A DNA stretch of 64,000 nucleotides from Candidatus Bathyarchaeia archaeon (GTDB taxonomy: Archaea; Thermoproteota; CALKCG01; B24). Positions 39,430 through 49,287 of the stretch are shown in pieces. Numbering within the stretch: the first letter of the stretch is position 1; every line of letters starts with the position of its first letter. The stretch is taken from assembly GCA_038870975.1 (NCBI GenBank), contig JAVZJD010000001.1:416001-480000 (forward strand), in the 5' to 3' direction. The notes beneath the pieces were generated by a model. It made no database searches. It was not told the origin of the DNA and saw only the letters and a program-made list of their open reading frames with translations. Position numbers and translations under genes: made by a program.

Positions 39430-41695
39430 AGAAGTCCACCATTTCAGCGAGAATCTTCCTTAAATCCATCTTTAAATTCGACTGAGGAACCTGGAAGATT
39501 TTCGTAATATGCCTCCACGGTTTGGCCTGTAAGCATTTAGCTATAAGTTTAGCTTCAACATCCATACTGAGACCCATCCTACAGCTTCCAGAGTTGAGGA
39601 AGTGGGATTTTACAAACTGCTTAATAGCATCGCATGCGGCTTCATAAGCCAGTTTGCCTGAAACGTACTGCAATAGTCGGCTTTTCTGCGAACTTGTTAG
39701 AGATGGCTCTTCTCTATTATCCCAATTTTGAGACTTTAAAAGTCTTACTGTTATCTGCGGTTCAAGGTCGAAGTATATGTCTGGAAGAGATTCTACGAGC
39801 CTCAGTTTGAATTCCCTGTGGACTCCTTTTACTATTTCAACTGCTTTTCCAGTCAGAGGTCTGATAAATATTACGCTGAATTCACCTGAGACCGTGTTTC
39901 TCATAGGGCTTATATGCACAGGTGTGAAGCTGTTTTTAAGCCAAAAATCGATTAACTTTACGTCTGCTCCGAAACTAGCACCAACCCATTCAAAACCATT
40001 AGCTTCAACTTCCTTACACAACTCTTCTATAGCTAGACTGCCCAATCCTCTCCCCGTGAATTTGGGATGCGTTGCAATTCTGACCACTCTTAAGCCTTTA
40101 AGCCTGGAAAACTCAGCATAATCAGGGTAGTATTTAATTATACACGACGGTATAAGGTGCCCTTGAGGTGGAGAACCAGCTAAAACTTCCTCTACAAGCC
40201 CATCGTAGCCTTCTTCACTTATCTGTAGGGCTACTAAAACTTTACCTGACGCTGACAGAATGGCTCTAGTTGAATGGTGGGGGGCATCTCCCAAGATGAG
40301 GAGGTCGTCCGGTCTATTCCTATAGTGGGCTAAAACATATATACCTATGAACTGCCTCAGGTGTTCTTCATCTTCCCCAAACCATAAGTCTAAATCAGGC
40401 TTCATATATGCGCATTCGCCGAGTTTAAATTCACTTTCTTCGACATCCGCAGGCTCAGCATTAAGTAGCAGGGTATTGTAAAGCCATTTTTCAACTGGAT
40501 CATCTAAAGCATATCTAATTGGCTCTTTGAGCTCAACCTTATAAAGCGTTATTTTCTCGAGTTTTTCGAGACGTTTTAAGAATCTTAAAGAGAAGCCTCT
40601 ACCAGCACCCTCATATCCGTGGACTGTAGAGGCGAATACAACTTTTGGAAATTTCTCAGCTATTTCAAATAGGAGTGGCACTTGGATCCCAGCCGCTTCA
40701 TCAACAAACACTACTTCAGCTTTCTCCTTTAACAACCTATATGGCTGTACGAATTCTACAACCCCTTTATTACAACTCAGTTTAAATGTTAAATTTTCAA
40801 CGTATTCCCTCTCAACATCTTCACCTATAGTTTTAAGCCCCTTCTCAGCCATATCGAAAATAACCTGGGTTTCTTCACAGGCTGGAGCTGTAACTAATAT
40901 TCTCCTACAGCCGAAAAGCATGAGGGGAGCTACCGCTAGACCCAGTAGAGCGGACTTACCTCTACCCCTATTAGAAGTCATAATTATTATGCTTCTACTT
41001 TTCTTGGCAAATTTTTCAACGTATTTTAGAGCCTCTACCTGCTCTTGCGTCAATGCCAAGTCGTAGATGGCTCTTGGGATTCGACTTTTATTCGGAGGAG
41101 ACGGCTTCTCTCTAGTTGAGGTTGGAGGATTTAGCATGTTCCCCCTGATTATGTTCCAACCGTCCAATATCCAGATACTCTGGTCCTCTAGAATTTTCCT
41201 AGTAAAGTATTTTTCAAACCGCGCCTTCATATCGGATTCACCATAGGGCGGTGAGATAAGCTTCTTATGCAGGCTTGTACTCCATGGTTTTTCAGCGTTT
41301 AAATCTAGGTTGTAGAATATTACTAAGCCTCCTCCTCTGACCGTCTCAATAAGCCTCCCCATGTCGTTTGGTCTAGCTCCTACGCTCATGTCGAGGATTA
41401 AGATGTCGTTTGTAGTACCCATGAGTCTATGGGTTTCTTTATAGGTGTAGAGTTTAACATTGCCTATAGGGTAGGATTTTTCTTCGAGCCGTTTGATGAA
41501 GACGTTGTAGTTTGAGGTGTCGTCTGAGCTAACGTAGACGACTTTTTCTTCTCCCCCGGCTTTAAGAGTGAAGTGTTTAAAGACTATGTAGGCGAGGACT
41601 TCTTCAGATTCTCTACCGTAAACTACGAGGAGCCTCCTATGGAAGGACCTCAAGGCTTCCTCCATCATGCCGATGAGAAGTTGTTCGACTTTCAA
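39419..41695 (-). CDS. tmcA: RNA cytidine acetyltransferase TmcA/NAT10 (ac4C writer)
   Basis: ETVRGGG, RGRGKSA, DEAA, STVHGYEGAGRGF, AHYRNRPDD, GNAT motif RIATHP...GRGLGS. Confidence 0.95.
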   Translation of the reverse strand: MKVEQLLIGMMEEALRSFHRRLLVVYGRESEEVLAYIVFKHFTLKAGGEEKVVYVSSDDTSNYNVFIKRLEEKSYPIGNVKLYTYKETHRLMGTTNDILILDMSVGARPNDMGRLIETVRGGGLVIFYNLDLNAEKPWSTSLHKKLISPPYGESDMKARFEKYFTRKILEDQSIWILDGWNIIRGNMLNPPTSTREKPSPPNKSRIPRAIYDLALTQEQVEALKYVEKFAKKSRSIIIMTSNRGRGKSALLGLAVAPLMLFGCRRILVTAPACEETQVIFDMAEKGLKTIGEDVEREYVENLTFKLSCNKGVVEFVQPYRLLKEKAEVVFVDEAAGIQVPLLFEIAEKFPKVVFASTVHGYEGAGRGFSLRFLKRLEKLEKITLYKVELKEPIRYALDDPVEKWLYNTLLLNAEPADVEESEFKLGECAYMKPDLDLWFGEDEEHLRQFIGIYVLAHYRNRPDDLLILGDAPHHSTRAILSASGKVLVALQISEEGYDGLVEEVLAGSPPQGHLIPSCIIKYYPDYAEFSRLKGLRVVRIATHPKFTGRGLGSLAIEELCKEVEANGFEWVGASFGADVKLIDFWLKNSFTPVHISPMRNTVSGEFSVIFIRPLTGKAVEIVKGVHREFKLRLVESLPDIYFDLEPQITVRLLKSQNWDNREEPSLTSSQKSRLLQYVSGKLAYEAACDAIKQFVKSHFLNSGSCRMGLSMDVEAKLIAKCLQAKPWRHITKIFQVPQSNLKMDLRKILAEMVDFYGV

Positions 41696-41815
41696 CTGGT
41701 CTTCGGTTTTAAAGGTGTAGGAAGACAGTAAAAACGTTTAGCTTGTTCTTCCAGAAACTAACGGTGATAATATTAATATACATGATACTTATATATGTAT
41801 TATGGAGGACTTACT

Positions 41816-42235
41816 ATGAGCGTGAAACAGCAGAGGTTTAAGATTTCTCCGACTGGCAGAGGCGCAATATTTAAACTAAAAAGGTGGTTCTACTTAGCGT
41901 TTTATACAAAAAACGTACCTGAGGATATTAAGGAGCAGAATCGAAAAGTGTGGCTTGAGCTTTCAAGAAGACTCATAGAAGAAATGAATAAGCGAGGTGC
42001 CTCAGAAAAACCTACGAGAATAACTTTAGAATACGAAGCCAGTCCGAACAACGAGTTTAAACCGATATCTGTAGCTGTTGAAGTAATGGAGATGAAGCCT
42101 GTAGAAAGCTTCAAAATTTCTTTCAGAGAAGGAGCGGTAGAAGAAAGAGAGAAGTTGAAGGCTCAACTCGCTGAAATACTTAGAAAAGCCAGAGAGCTGG
42201 GTATAAGCCCGGAAAACCTCATAGAGAAAAAGTAG
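41816..42235 (+). CDS. Putative ThermoDBP-related (DUF2258-like) nucleic-acid-binding protein with C-terminal coiled coil
   Basis: KLKRWF...KNVPE...ELSRRLIEEM...TRITLEYE...ISVAVEV plus a leucine-zipper-like tail. SD GGAGGA before ATG 41816. Family call from pattern memory only. Confidence 0.5.
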   Translation: MSVKQQRFKISPTGRGAIFKLKRWFYLAFYTKNVPEDIKEQNRKVWLELSRRLIEEMNKRGASEKPTRITLEYEASPNNEFKPISVAVEVMEMKPVESFKISFREGAVEEREKLKAQLAEILRKARELGISPENLIEKK

Positions 42236-42276
42236 CATAGTAGACAATGCTGTTTAAAACCCAAGCCTTAGGGGCG

Positions 42277-45200
42277 TTAAGCGTAGTCTATAAGCTTTTT
42301 CCCAGTTTTCTTCATCCAGTCTTCTATTGGCTGTTTAAATTTCTCTTCGAACGCAGTCCTATGGATTGAATTGAACGTACAGAAGGATATTATTTTTCCA
42401 TCTGGAGTTGCATAGTGTATGCCACATCTATTCACTCTATCTAAGTCTAGATTCCATACGTCTTGGAAGTGCATTATCCCAACCATTACTACATTATACA
42501 TAAGTCTCCCTAGGGCTTCATAGCTCCCTTTAGTTATAATGTCTTTGAGGAGGTTTCTGATGAGCTCGCTCTTTACCATCGGTAGAAGCTTAAGTGCTTC
42601 TAATTTGGCTCTTCTACTATGACCTCCAACCCCTAGGTAGTACATCCCCCAGAATACTTGGGCAAAGTTATCAACGTCTACAAGCTCAGTTATAGGTGTG
42701 AAAGACCCATCTTCTTTAGCCACTAGGAACGTGGCTGCACCGCAGTGGGGATGTAGCGTGAACTCTGGATACGTTCTATTCTTGACTACTTCCATCCCCT
42801 TGGCAATAGGTAGGGGCCAGTTTACAGGCCTCCAGCTCCATTTTGAGACTGCTCCATTAGTCTGCTCTTCGATGAGTTTTACGGCGTCTGGTATTGTTAT
42901 CCTCATCTTCCTCATTTCCTCTTTCCTAGCTCTACCTGCCATCGATATGGGCTGTATGTTTACACATCGGATTACGTCTCTATTGTTAATGGCATATCTT
43001 ACTATATCTCCCAAGTCGCCATCGTTAACACCCTTGGCAAGAGTAACCACTAATACTATAGACTTATGTCCAATCTTCCTAGCGTTTTCAATAACTCTGT
43101 TCTTAACGTCGACAAGTCCACCTCTGCCTCTAAGCTTCAGGTATATCTCCTCCCTCAATCCGTCGAATTGTAAATATATCGTATCCATACCAGCGTCCAG
43201 CAACCGACTGTAATAGTCCAAGTCTTCAGCAAGCCTAATTCCGTTAGTATTAACCTCTACATGTCTAATACCAGCCCGTTTAGCTTCTCTAACAAGGTCG
43301 GGAAGGTCGTTTCGAAGCGTAGGTTCTCCTCCGCTGAACTGTAGAGCATTCGCAGCCCACGGTCTGCTAGACCTGAAAAGTTTAATCATTCCGACTATCT
43401 GCTCATACGTTGGCTCGTAGACGTAGTTTACAGCACCCGCGTAGGCGAAGCATATAGGGCATGCCATATTGCAATTTGAGACGTAGATGAGGCCGTTTGC
43501 TGCAAATAAGTGGTTTTTATCTACTGTTATATCATAAACGTACTCGTCTTTTGAGGCAACTACCTCAAGCATCTTAACCTCGTCTAAGAAGAAGTCTTCA
43601 GACGAATATCTCCAAGCTATCTGAACAATACTTTTACATTTTTCACACAGCTCAAGATCGCGTAAACGGCTAAGAATCTTCCTTAAAGTTGTTTTTGTTG
43701 TGTTTCTCTTTCCCGTTAAAACCTTGGAGAGATAACTTGGGTCTTCTGGATATAGCGTTACCCTACTAAGCCTATGATGATTAATTACTTCAGCCAAGAG
43801 TTTTATACAAATCCTGGGGGCAATCTCTCGTCTAGATTTCCCAATTTTTCTCACACGTCCTTCAACAGCCAACTGTTTAAGTTTCTCAAACTTCTTGGGG
43901 TGATTGCTTCCAATAACCTTCACGAATGTAGATACGTCTTTAAACCCTGAAATCACAACAACATAGTAACTTGACTTTGAGAAACCACTTCCCTGCCTCT
44001 CATGCATAGAGGCGAGGATTCCACATCTCCTTAAGAGCTGAACAATTCTTACAGCCCTCTTTCTACTAGATGTAACATAGTACACTGAGTTCGAAGCTAA
44101 GCTTACCGCTCCATCGCCATCAAAATATCCCCTTAAAAACGCAGTTATACATTTATCAGGTAGCTTAAATATCTCCTTTAACTCTCCTTCGATTACAACC
44201 TTCTCAATCAGATCATAAACCAATAAATTGTTAAATGATAGCCTTAAACAGCCCCTTCCATCTGTGTAAACATGACATTTTGTACCTGGAAACAAAGCCT
44301 CAACAATATGTTTCGCTTTCTTTACTAGCTCTGGTTCTGTACTATGGAAGTTAGTCGTGTATACCCCACGGCTTCTACTAGTAGATAGAGACCCATCTGA
44401 AGCTATAAGCCCTATAAGGTATGCTAAATCTTCGTCAAAATACTTTGCCTTTAGTTCGACCGTTTTCTTACGCCAAGAAACCTTTTCAATATGAGTTAGA
44501 GAGAACTCCTGATCAATCCCAAGTTTCTCACATAGTCTTTTGAAATCTCTAAAGTTTATTCCGACGCTTAAGTCGTAAAGGTTCCAGTATTTAAGTTGTA
44601 ATTGACTTATGGCCCTTCTTAGAGACCCGTATGCTTCCCTGGCTTTACGGCGTATTAGCTCCATAAGCACATCATCTGGATAAACGTAAAGCCTATAATC
44701 GTCTATCAACTCTAAGACTGGTAGGTTTTTAACATTTACGTTTATCCTAGCAGGTGCATATATAAGGTCTCCCACCCTCAGCTGATCAGCTCTGACAAGT
44801 TGAGCCCCATATTCACCATCAATCAATATCTCATGGTCGGGAGTTACTTTAAGCTCAACTCCCGAAACCGTACAGATTCTTACTAAGCTGTTCGGAGCCT
44901 TCAACCTATGGACAGCTATGACATCAGGATACGTAGGCTTAGGTGGATTGCAACTTAATACACGTATTGGTTTAGCGATTATCCCAGAACCGCTTCCATC
45001 TAAGGGAAGGTTCTCATCCACAAATCTTCCTATTTCCACGATAGAACCATCCTCGAGGATAAGCTCACAGTCGTATGTCACACATCTATTGGTGACGTCT
45101 ATTATGCCTAGTATTGTGTGCGTTTTATGCTGGGGGCATATCCCACAGTCGTAGGGACAACCTCTATCTATTTGAGAATGGGGGTTTTCAAGACCACTTC

Positions 45201-45408
45201 CTATATATTTTGCCGTATTCCAGTTTTTCTCAAACCACTTATAGTATTCTGCATCTCCCCAGTAGATGTCTTCGAATTTTCCGTGTTCTGGACATGTTTT
45301 CTCCAAGTATATGACGTTGTTTTCTTCGTAGACCCTCATTGGTACTCTTCTGAAGCACAGTGGGCATATGCTCACCGACCATTTTTCAAAAGGTCTTCCG
45401 TTTGACAT
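42277..45408 (-). CDS. tes: Tetraether lipid synthase (Tes / GDGT-MAS radical SAM enzyme), intein-containing
   Basis: N-terminal CPLC...CPEHG, GCPYDCGICPQH, DVTNR|CNMACPICFA after splicing, QFSGGEPT, HPHCG, MHFQD...RCGIHY...FC. Spliced length 506 aa. Confidence 0.9.
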   Translation of the reverse strand: MSNGRPFEKWSVSICPLCFRRVPMRVYEENNVIYLEKTCPEHGKFEDIYWGDAEYYKWFEKNWNTAKYIGSGLENPHSQIDRGCPYDCGICPQHKTHTILGIIDVTNRCVTYDCELILEDGSIVEIGRFVDENLPLDGSGSGIIAKPIRVLSCNPPKPTYPDVIAVHRLKAPNSLVRICTVSGVELKVTPDHEILIDGEYGAQLVRADQLRVGDLIYAPARINVNVKNLPVLELIDDYRLYVYPDDVLMELIRRKAREAYGSLRRAISQLQLKYWNLYDLSVGINFRDFKRLCEKLGIDQEFSLTHIEKVSWRKKTVELKAKYFDEDLAYLIGLIASDGSLSTSRSRGVYTTNFHSTEPELVKKAKHIVEALFPGTKCHVYTDGRGCLRLSFNNLLVYDLIEKVVIEGELKEIFKLPDKCITAFLRGYFDGDGAVSLASNSVYYVTSSRKRAVRIVQLLRRCGILASMHERQGSGFSKSSYYVVVISGFKDVSTFVKVIGSNHPKKFEKLKQLAVEGRVRKIGKSRREIAPRICIKLLAEVINHHRLSRVTLYPEDPSYLSKVLTGKRNTTKTTLRKILSRLRDLELCEKCKSIVQIAWRYSSEDFFLDEVKMLEVVASKDEYVYDITVDKNHLFAANGLIYVSNCNMACPICFAYAGAVNYVYEPTYEQIVGMIKLFRSSRPWAANALQFSGGEPTLRNDLPDLVREAKRAGIRHVEVNTNGIRLAEDLDYYSRLLDAGMDTIYLQFDGLREEIYLKLRGRGGLVDVKNRVIENARKIGHKSIVLVVTLAKGVNDGDLGDIVRYAINNRDVIRCVNIQPISMAGRARKEEMRKMRITIPDAVKLIEEQTNGAVSKWSWRPVNWPLPIAKGMEVVKNRTYPEFTLHPHCGAATFLVAKEDGSFTPITELVDVDNFAQVFWGMYYLGVGGHSRRAKLEALKLLPMVKSELIRNLLKDIITKGSYEALGRLMYNVVMVGIMHFQDVWNLDLDRVNRCGIHYATPDGKIISFCTFNSIHRTAFEEKFKQPIEDWMKKTGKKLIDYA
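43474..45084 (-). mobile_element. Intein (537 aa) with LAGLIDADG homing endonuclease
   Basis: Starts CVTYDCELILEDG, has block B VTPDHEI, LAGLIDADG motifs YLIGLIASDGS and FLRGYFDGDG, and ends VYDITV...YVSN|C. Confidence 0.95.
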
Positions 45409-45455
45409 GACATTGAAATTTCTAGCTTGATTAAATATATAATGATTTTCTCGGT

Positions 45456-46172
45456 CTAAATGGTTTTCCTGAGGTCTAATATTAAGTCAGGCTTATTCGT
45501 CGTTATCGAGTCGACCTTTTTTCCGACCAATTCTCTAGCTGTTTTCAAGTCGTCTACAGTCCAGACGTTGACTTTAAGGTTAAGCCTATGGGCAAATTCA
45601 ACTGTTTCAAGGGAGGCTAGTCTATAGTTTGGCATAACGGCTATACATCCGATGTTTTTAGCTTTTGAGATGAAATCGCCGGGCTTTGCGTATATTAAAC
45701 CCATATAGGCTTTGGGATTTCCTTGGGCGACGTTTTTTAGAGCTTCCTCGTGGAAAGATATGAACATGACCTGGTTTAACATCCTTCTGCTTTCTACGAG
45801 GTTTAAAGCGTAATTAGAAGCTTCGACTTCTTTAAGCTCCAATAGTAGACATATGCGTCCACACACCACATCTAAGACTTCTGAGAGCAGTGGAATTTTC
45901 TCACCCTTACCAGCGTCGAAGTTTTTAAGCTGTTTAGCTGTGTAACTGTCAACTCTACCTGAGCCGTTTGTAGTCCGATCTATGGTTTCATCGTGTATCA
46001 CTACTGGCACTTTATCTTTTGAAAGTCTAACGTCAACTTCCACTGCATCTGCTCCCATATCTATGGCTTTTTCAACCGCTCTGATGGTATTCTCAGGCTC
46101 ATAGCCTGAAGCCCCTCTATGTGCGACTACCGCTACCGGCTTTATGGAGAGGAACTCTGAGATTTCTACCAA
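45456..46172 (-). CDS. Glycerophosphodiester phosphodiesterase
   Basis: AHRGASG, PENT, EVDV, IHD, ELK, WTVD, ITTNKP. Confidence 0.94.
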   Translation of the reverse strand: MVEISEFLSIKPVAVVAHRGASGYEPENTIRAVEKAIDMGADAVEVDVRLSKDKVPVVIHDETIDRTTNGSGRVDSYTAKQLKNFDAGKGEKIPLLSEVLDVVCGRICLLLELKEVEASNYALNLVESRRMLNQVMFISFHEEALKNVAQGNPKAYMGLIYAKPGDFISKAKNIGCIAVMPNYRLASLETVEFAHRLNLKVNVWTVDDLKTARELVGKKVDSITTNKPDLILDLRKTI

Positions 46173-46320
46173 TGCTGTTACCCACCGTTAGCTTAATTGT
46201 AGCGTTAGACTATATATATGTTAAACATGGTCTTTAAAAAGCCTAAGCCAACCTAAGGAGAGGTTTACACGTGTATGTTGGATAATCTTTAACAGGAGGA
46301 TTGATTAAGTAGTGTGAAGT

Positions 46321-48000
46321 TTGAAAGGTTCCTTCATAAGATTGTGTGAAGTTTACGAGTCCATAGAGAAGCTTAGCTCTAGAAGTGAGATCGTAGAGCT
46401 TATGGCTGGATATTTCAAGGATTTAAACGCTTCAGAGGTTAAAATAGCTGTTAAACTTTCTACGTCGGATTTTAGAGAAGCTTTAAACGTAAGCTGGGCT
46501 ACGCTTTTAAAGACTTTGAAAGAACTGTATAGGTTTAACGATGAAGACTTCTACAGGGCTTTCAATGATACTGGCGACGTGGGAAGCGCTGTTAAATCGA
46601 TCTTAGAAGCTAAAAGGCTTAGCCGTCAAACACTGTTGATGGTGAAGCCTCTTACACTCGAAGAGTTAGACATGCTTCTCAGAGAGGTTTCAGAAATCAA
46701 AGGCCCAGGCTCTAAGTATAAGAAGGTTAGAGTTTTAAAGGGCTTGTTTAGCAAGGTTTCACCGCTTGAAGCTAAGTACTTGGTTAGGATAATCTTAGGA
46801 GACCTGAGGATAGGTGTTAAAGAGGGGATAATTGTTAAAGCCCTCTCTGAAGCTTTCCACATTCCCTATGATGCTTTAGAGAGAGCTTTAATGCTTAGTG
46901 GAGATTTAGCTATGACCGCTGCTGTTGCTAAAACACAAGGCCTCCATGGTATTCTGAACATGAGGTATGTTCCGTTTAACCCTATAAAGCCTATGCTCGC
47001 AGGTATGGCCTACAACGTGAGGGAGATTTTAGACGAGTTTAAAGGCAAAGCTGCTTTTGAGTATAAGCTCGACGGTGCTAGAGTTCAAATACATGCATTT
47101 AATGGGGGTGTGAGGGTTTTTTCAAGGGGGCTTAAAGACGTAACTTCTAGTCTGCCTGAAGTAGTCGATGCTATTAGAGGAGAGGATAAGCTGAAGAACT
47201 GTGTAGTTGAAGGTGAAGTTATAGCAGTTAACTTCAACGGTAAACCTCTCCCTTTCCAGGAGCTTATGCATAGGTTTAAACGGATAAGAAGCGTTGAAGA
47301 AGAAGCTAAGAGGCTTCCGATTAAACTATACTTATTCGACATATTGGTTGACGAAGGCTCTTTGACTATAGGTGAACCTTACATTGAGAGAAGAAAGCGT
47401 TTAACCAGGAAGGTGGAGTCTATACCCCTGGTAGACAGCCTGATGACTCAAGATTTGGAAGAGGCTGAGGAATTCTACAGGAAGGCTTTAGAATATGGAC
47501 ATGAAGGTGTAGTAGCAAAAAAGCCTGATAGCATATACCACCCTGGTGTACGTGGTAGAGATTGGCTGAAAGTAAAAGAGACACTTGACACTTTAGACCT
47601 GGTTATAGTTGGAGGAGAATATGGATATGGACGTAGATACAGATGGATAAGCGACTACTTCTTAGCCGCTTTAGACAATTCAACTGGTGGCTTCACAATA
47701 ATTGGCAAGACTTTCAAAGGTCTAGTAGATGAAGAGTTTGAAAACCTAACGAAAACACTTGAAAACGACGTAGTTAAAAGAGAAGGACGTAGAGTATGGG
47801 TAAACCCTAGAATAGTAGTTGAAGTAGCTTACAACGAAATACAGAAAAGCCAGAAATACCCATCCGGATTCGCACTACGATTCGCAAGAATAGTAAGAAT
47901 ACGCTGGGATAAAAAAGTCGAAGAAGCAGATACAATAGACAAAGTCAGAGAAATATACATAAAACAATTCGAAAGGAAAGCTTCAAACCACCAGCGGTAA
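46321..48000 (+). CDS. lig: ATP-dependent DNA ligase
   Basis: EYKLDGAR, EGEV, FDIL, EGVVAK, WLKVK, ALRFAR. Confidence 0.97.
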   Translation: MKGSFIRLCEVYESIEKLSSRSEIVELMAGYFKDLNASEVKIAVKLSTSDFREALNVSWATLLKTLKELYRFNDEDFYRAFNDTGDVGSAVKSILEAKRLSRQTLLMVKPLTLEELDMLLREVSEIKGPGSKYKKVRVLKGLFSKVSPLEAKYLVRIILGDLRIGVKEGIIVKALSEAFHIPYDALERALMLSGDLAMTAAVAKTQGLHGILNMRYVPFNPIKPMLAGMAYNVREILDEFKGKAAFEYKLDGARVQIHAFNGGVRVFSRGLKDVTSSLPEVVDAIRGEDKLKNCVVEGEVIAVNFNGKPLPFQELMHRFKRIRSVEEEAKRLPIKLYLFDILVDEGSLTIGEPYIERRKRLTRKVESIPLVDSLMTQDLEEAEEFYRKALEYGHEGVVAKKPDSIYHPGVRGRDWLKVKETLDTLDLVIVGGEYGYGRRYRWISDYFLAALDNSTGGFTIIGKTFKGLVDEEFENLTKTLENDVVKREGRRVWVNPRIVVEVAYNEIQKSQKYPSGFALRFARIVRIRWDKKVEEADTIDKVREIYIKQFERKASNHQR

Positions 48001-48023
48001 TTTAGATTATTTTTAAAATAGAT

Positions 48024-48350
48024 TTAATGGGTACATTTTAGAGGATATTTACCGTAGTTTCTCGCAGTTTCAACCATCGGAAATATGTTTTCACCTGGCG
48101 TATCTCTTCCAACTTGGTCTCCCGTAGATAAGACGAACCCACCGTTTTCCCCAGCCACGTCTATGCACTGCTTAGCTTTCTCTTCAACTTCCTTAGGTTT
48201 AGCCGTGAATAGCCAGCTGGTTTGAATATTACCTTTGAGCGCAAGCCTATACCTGAAGCGGCGTTTAACATCAGCTAGATTGCAGTCTCCATTAGGTGGT
48301 TCTTCAAGAGGCTCTATGGAGTATAAATCCGTTTCACTAGCAGCAACTTC
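48024..48350 (-). pseudogene. 5'-truncated URO-D/MtaA-like gene (C-terminal ~108 codons)
   Basis: Manual translation ...IEPLEEPPNGDCNLADVKRRF...LKGNIQT...AGENGGFVLSTGDQVGRDTPGENI...YGKY. No start codon; abuts the PfkB stop. Confidence 0.8.
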
Positions 48351-48351
48351 T

Positions 48352-49260
48352 TTAAAAAGATAGTTTTTTAATTTTATCTATCAATGTTTCAGCTCTTTCG
48401 TAGACTTCGTTTTTTAAGCCAAATCTTGAGGGGCCATATCCTTCAGTAACGAAAGATGAAGCTGCTGATGCTACTGCAAGACTCCAGTCTAAATCGCCAC
48501 TACGGAAAAACTCTACGGTAAATCCAGCTGTGAAGCTATCTCCTGCTCCAGTTGGATCGACGAATTTAGGAGGCTTATAAGGTGGGCTTCGTAAGATTCT
48601 ACAGGTTGTTGTACATAGGGAGCCTAATTCCCCTAGGGTTAAAAGCACTACACCACGATGCATCTTTCCAAGCTTTTTAACTGCCTCCATAGGGTCACTT
48701 GCACCTGTTAAAGCCTCCGCCTCTTTCATGCTAAGCTTGACGATGTCTGCATTTGACAATATTTCAGGGTTTAATGGTCCCTCTTCGTAAACTTCACCAT
48801 CTACTTTAAACTTTCTTATGAAGCCTTGGACGTCTATTGAAAGCATCTGGGCCTTGATTCTTAGAGCTTTTAAAGTGTCTAGCCCAACTTCACCCGCTAC
48901 AGAGCCTACATGAGCTAATTCAACCTTTGGAAGATTTACAAGCTCATTAGGGGCGATGGGGCTACATAAGCTTAGAAGCTTCAGGGTTCTACCACTATTC
49001 CCATATACGAGTTTAAACCGCGTAGTCTTAGAGTTTAAATCTCTAACGTAGAAGTTTGTGTTTAACTGCGATTTTGAAAGCCAAACCATGAATTCTTCTG
49101 GAAAGTCATATCCGACTTTTGAAACGGGCATGGACTCACATCCAAGCCTTAGAGCTGTCATAGAAGCATAGACCGATGGACCACCGGGGGTTGGTCGAGT
49201 GGGATGCTTAGCCACGTATATTAAATCTACAGTTGTATGTCCTACTACTGTGAACTTCAT
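48352..49260 (-). CDS. PfkB/ribokinase family kinase
   Basis: PGGP, DVQG, TLGELGS, DPTGAGDSF. Confidence 0.92.
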   Translation of the reverse strand: MKFTVVGHTTVDLIYVAKHPTRPTPGGPSVYASMTALRLGCESMPVSKVGYDFPEEFMVWLSKSQLNTNFYVRDLNSKTTRFKLVYGNSGRTLKLLSLCSPIAPNELVNLPKVELAHVGSVAGEVGLDTLKALRIKAQMLSIDVQGFIRKFKVDGEVYEEGPLNPEILSNADIVKLSMKEAEALTGASDPMEAVKKLGKMHRGVVLLTLGELGSLCTTTCRILRSPPYKPPKFVDPTGAGDSFTAGFTVEFFRSGDLDWSLAVASAASSFVTEGYGPSRFGLKNEVYERAETLIDKIKKLSF

Positions 49261-49287
49261 GTGAAAGCCTATCCTCAACTTAACGCT

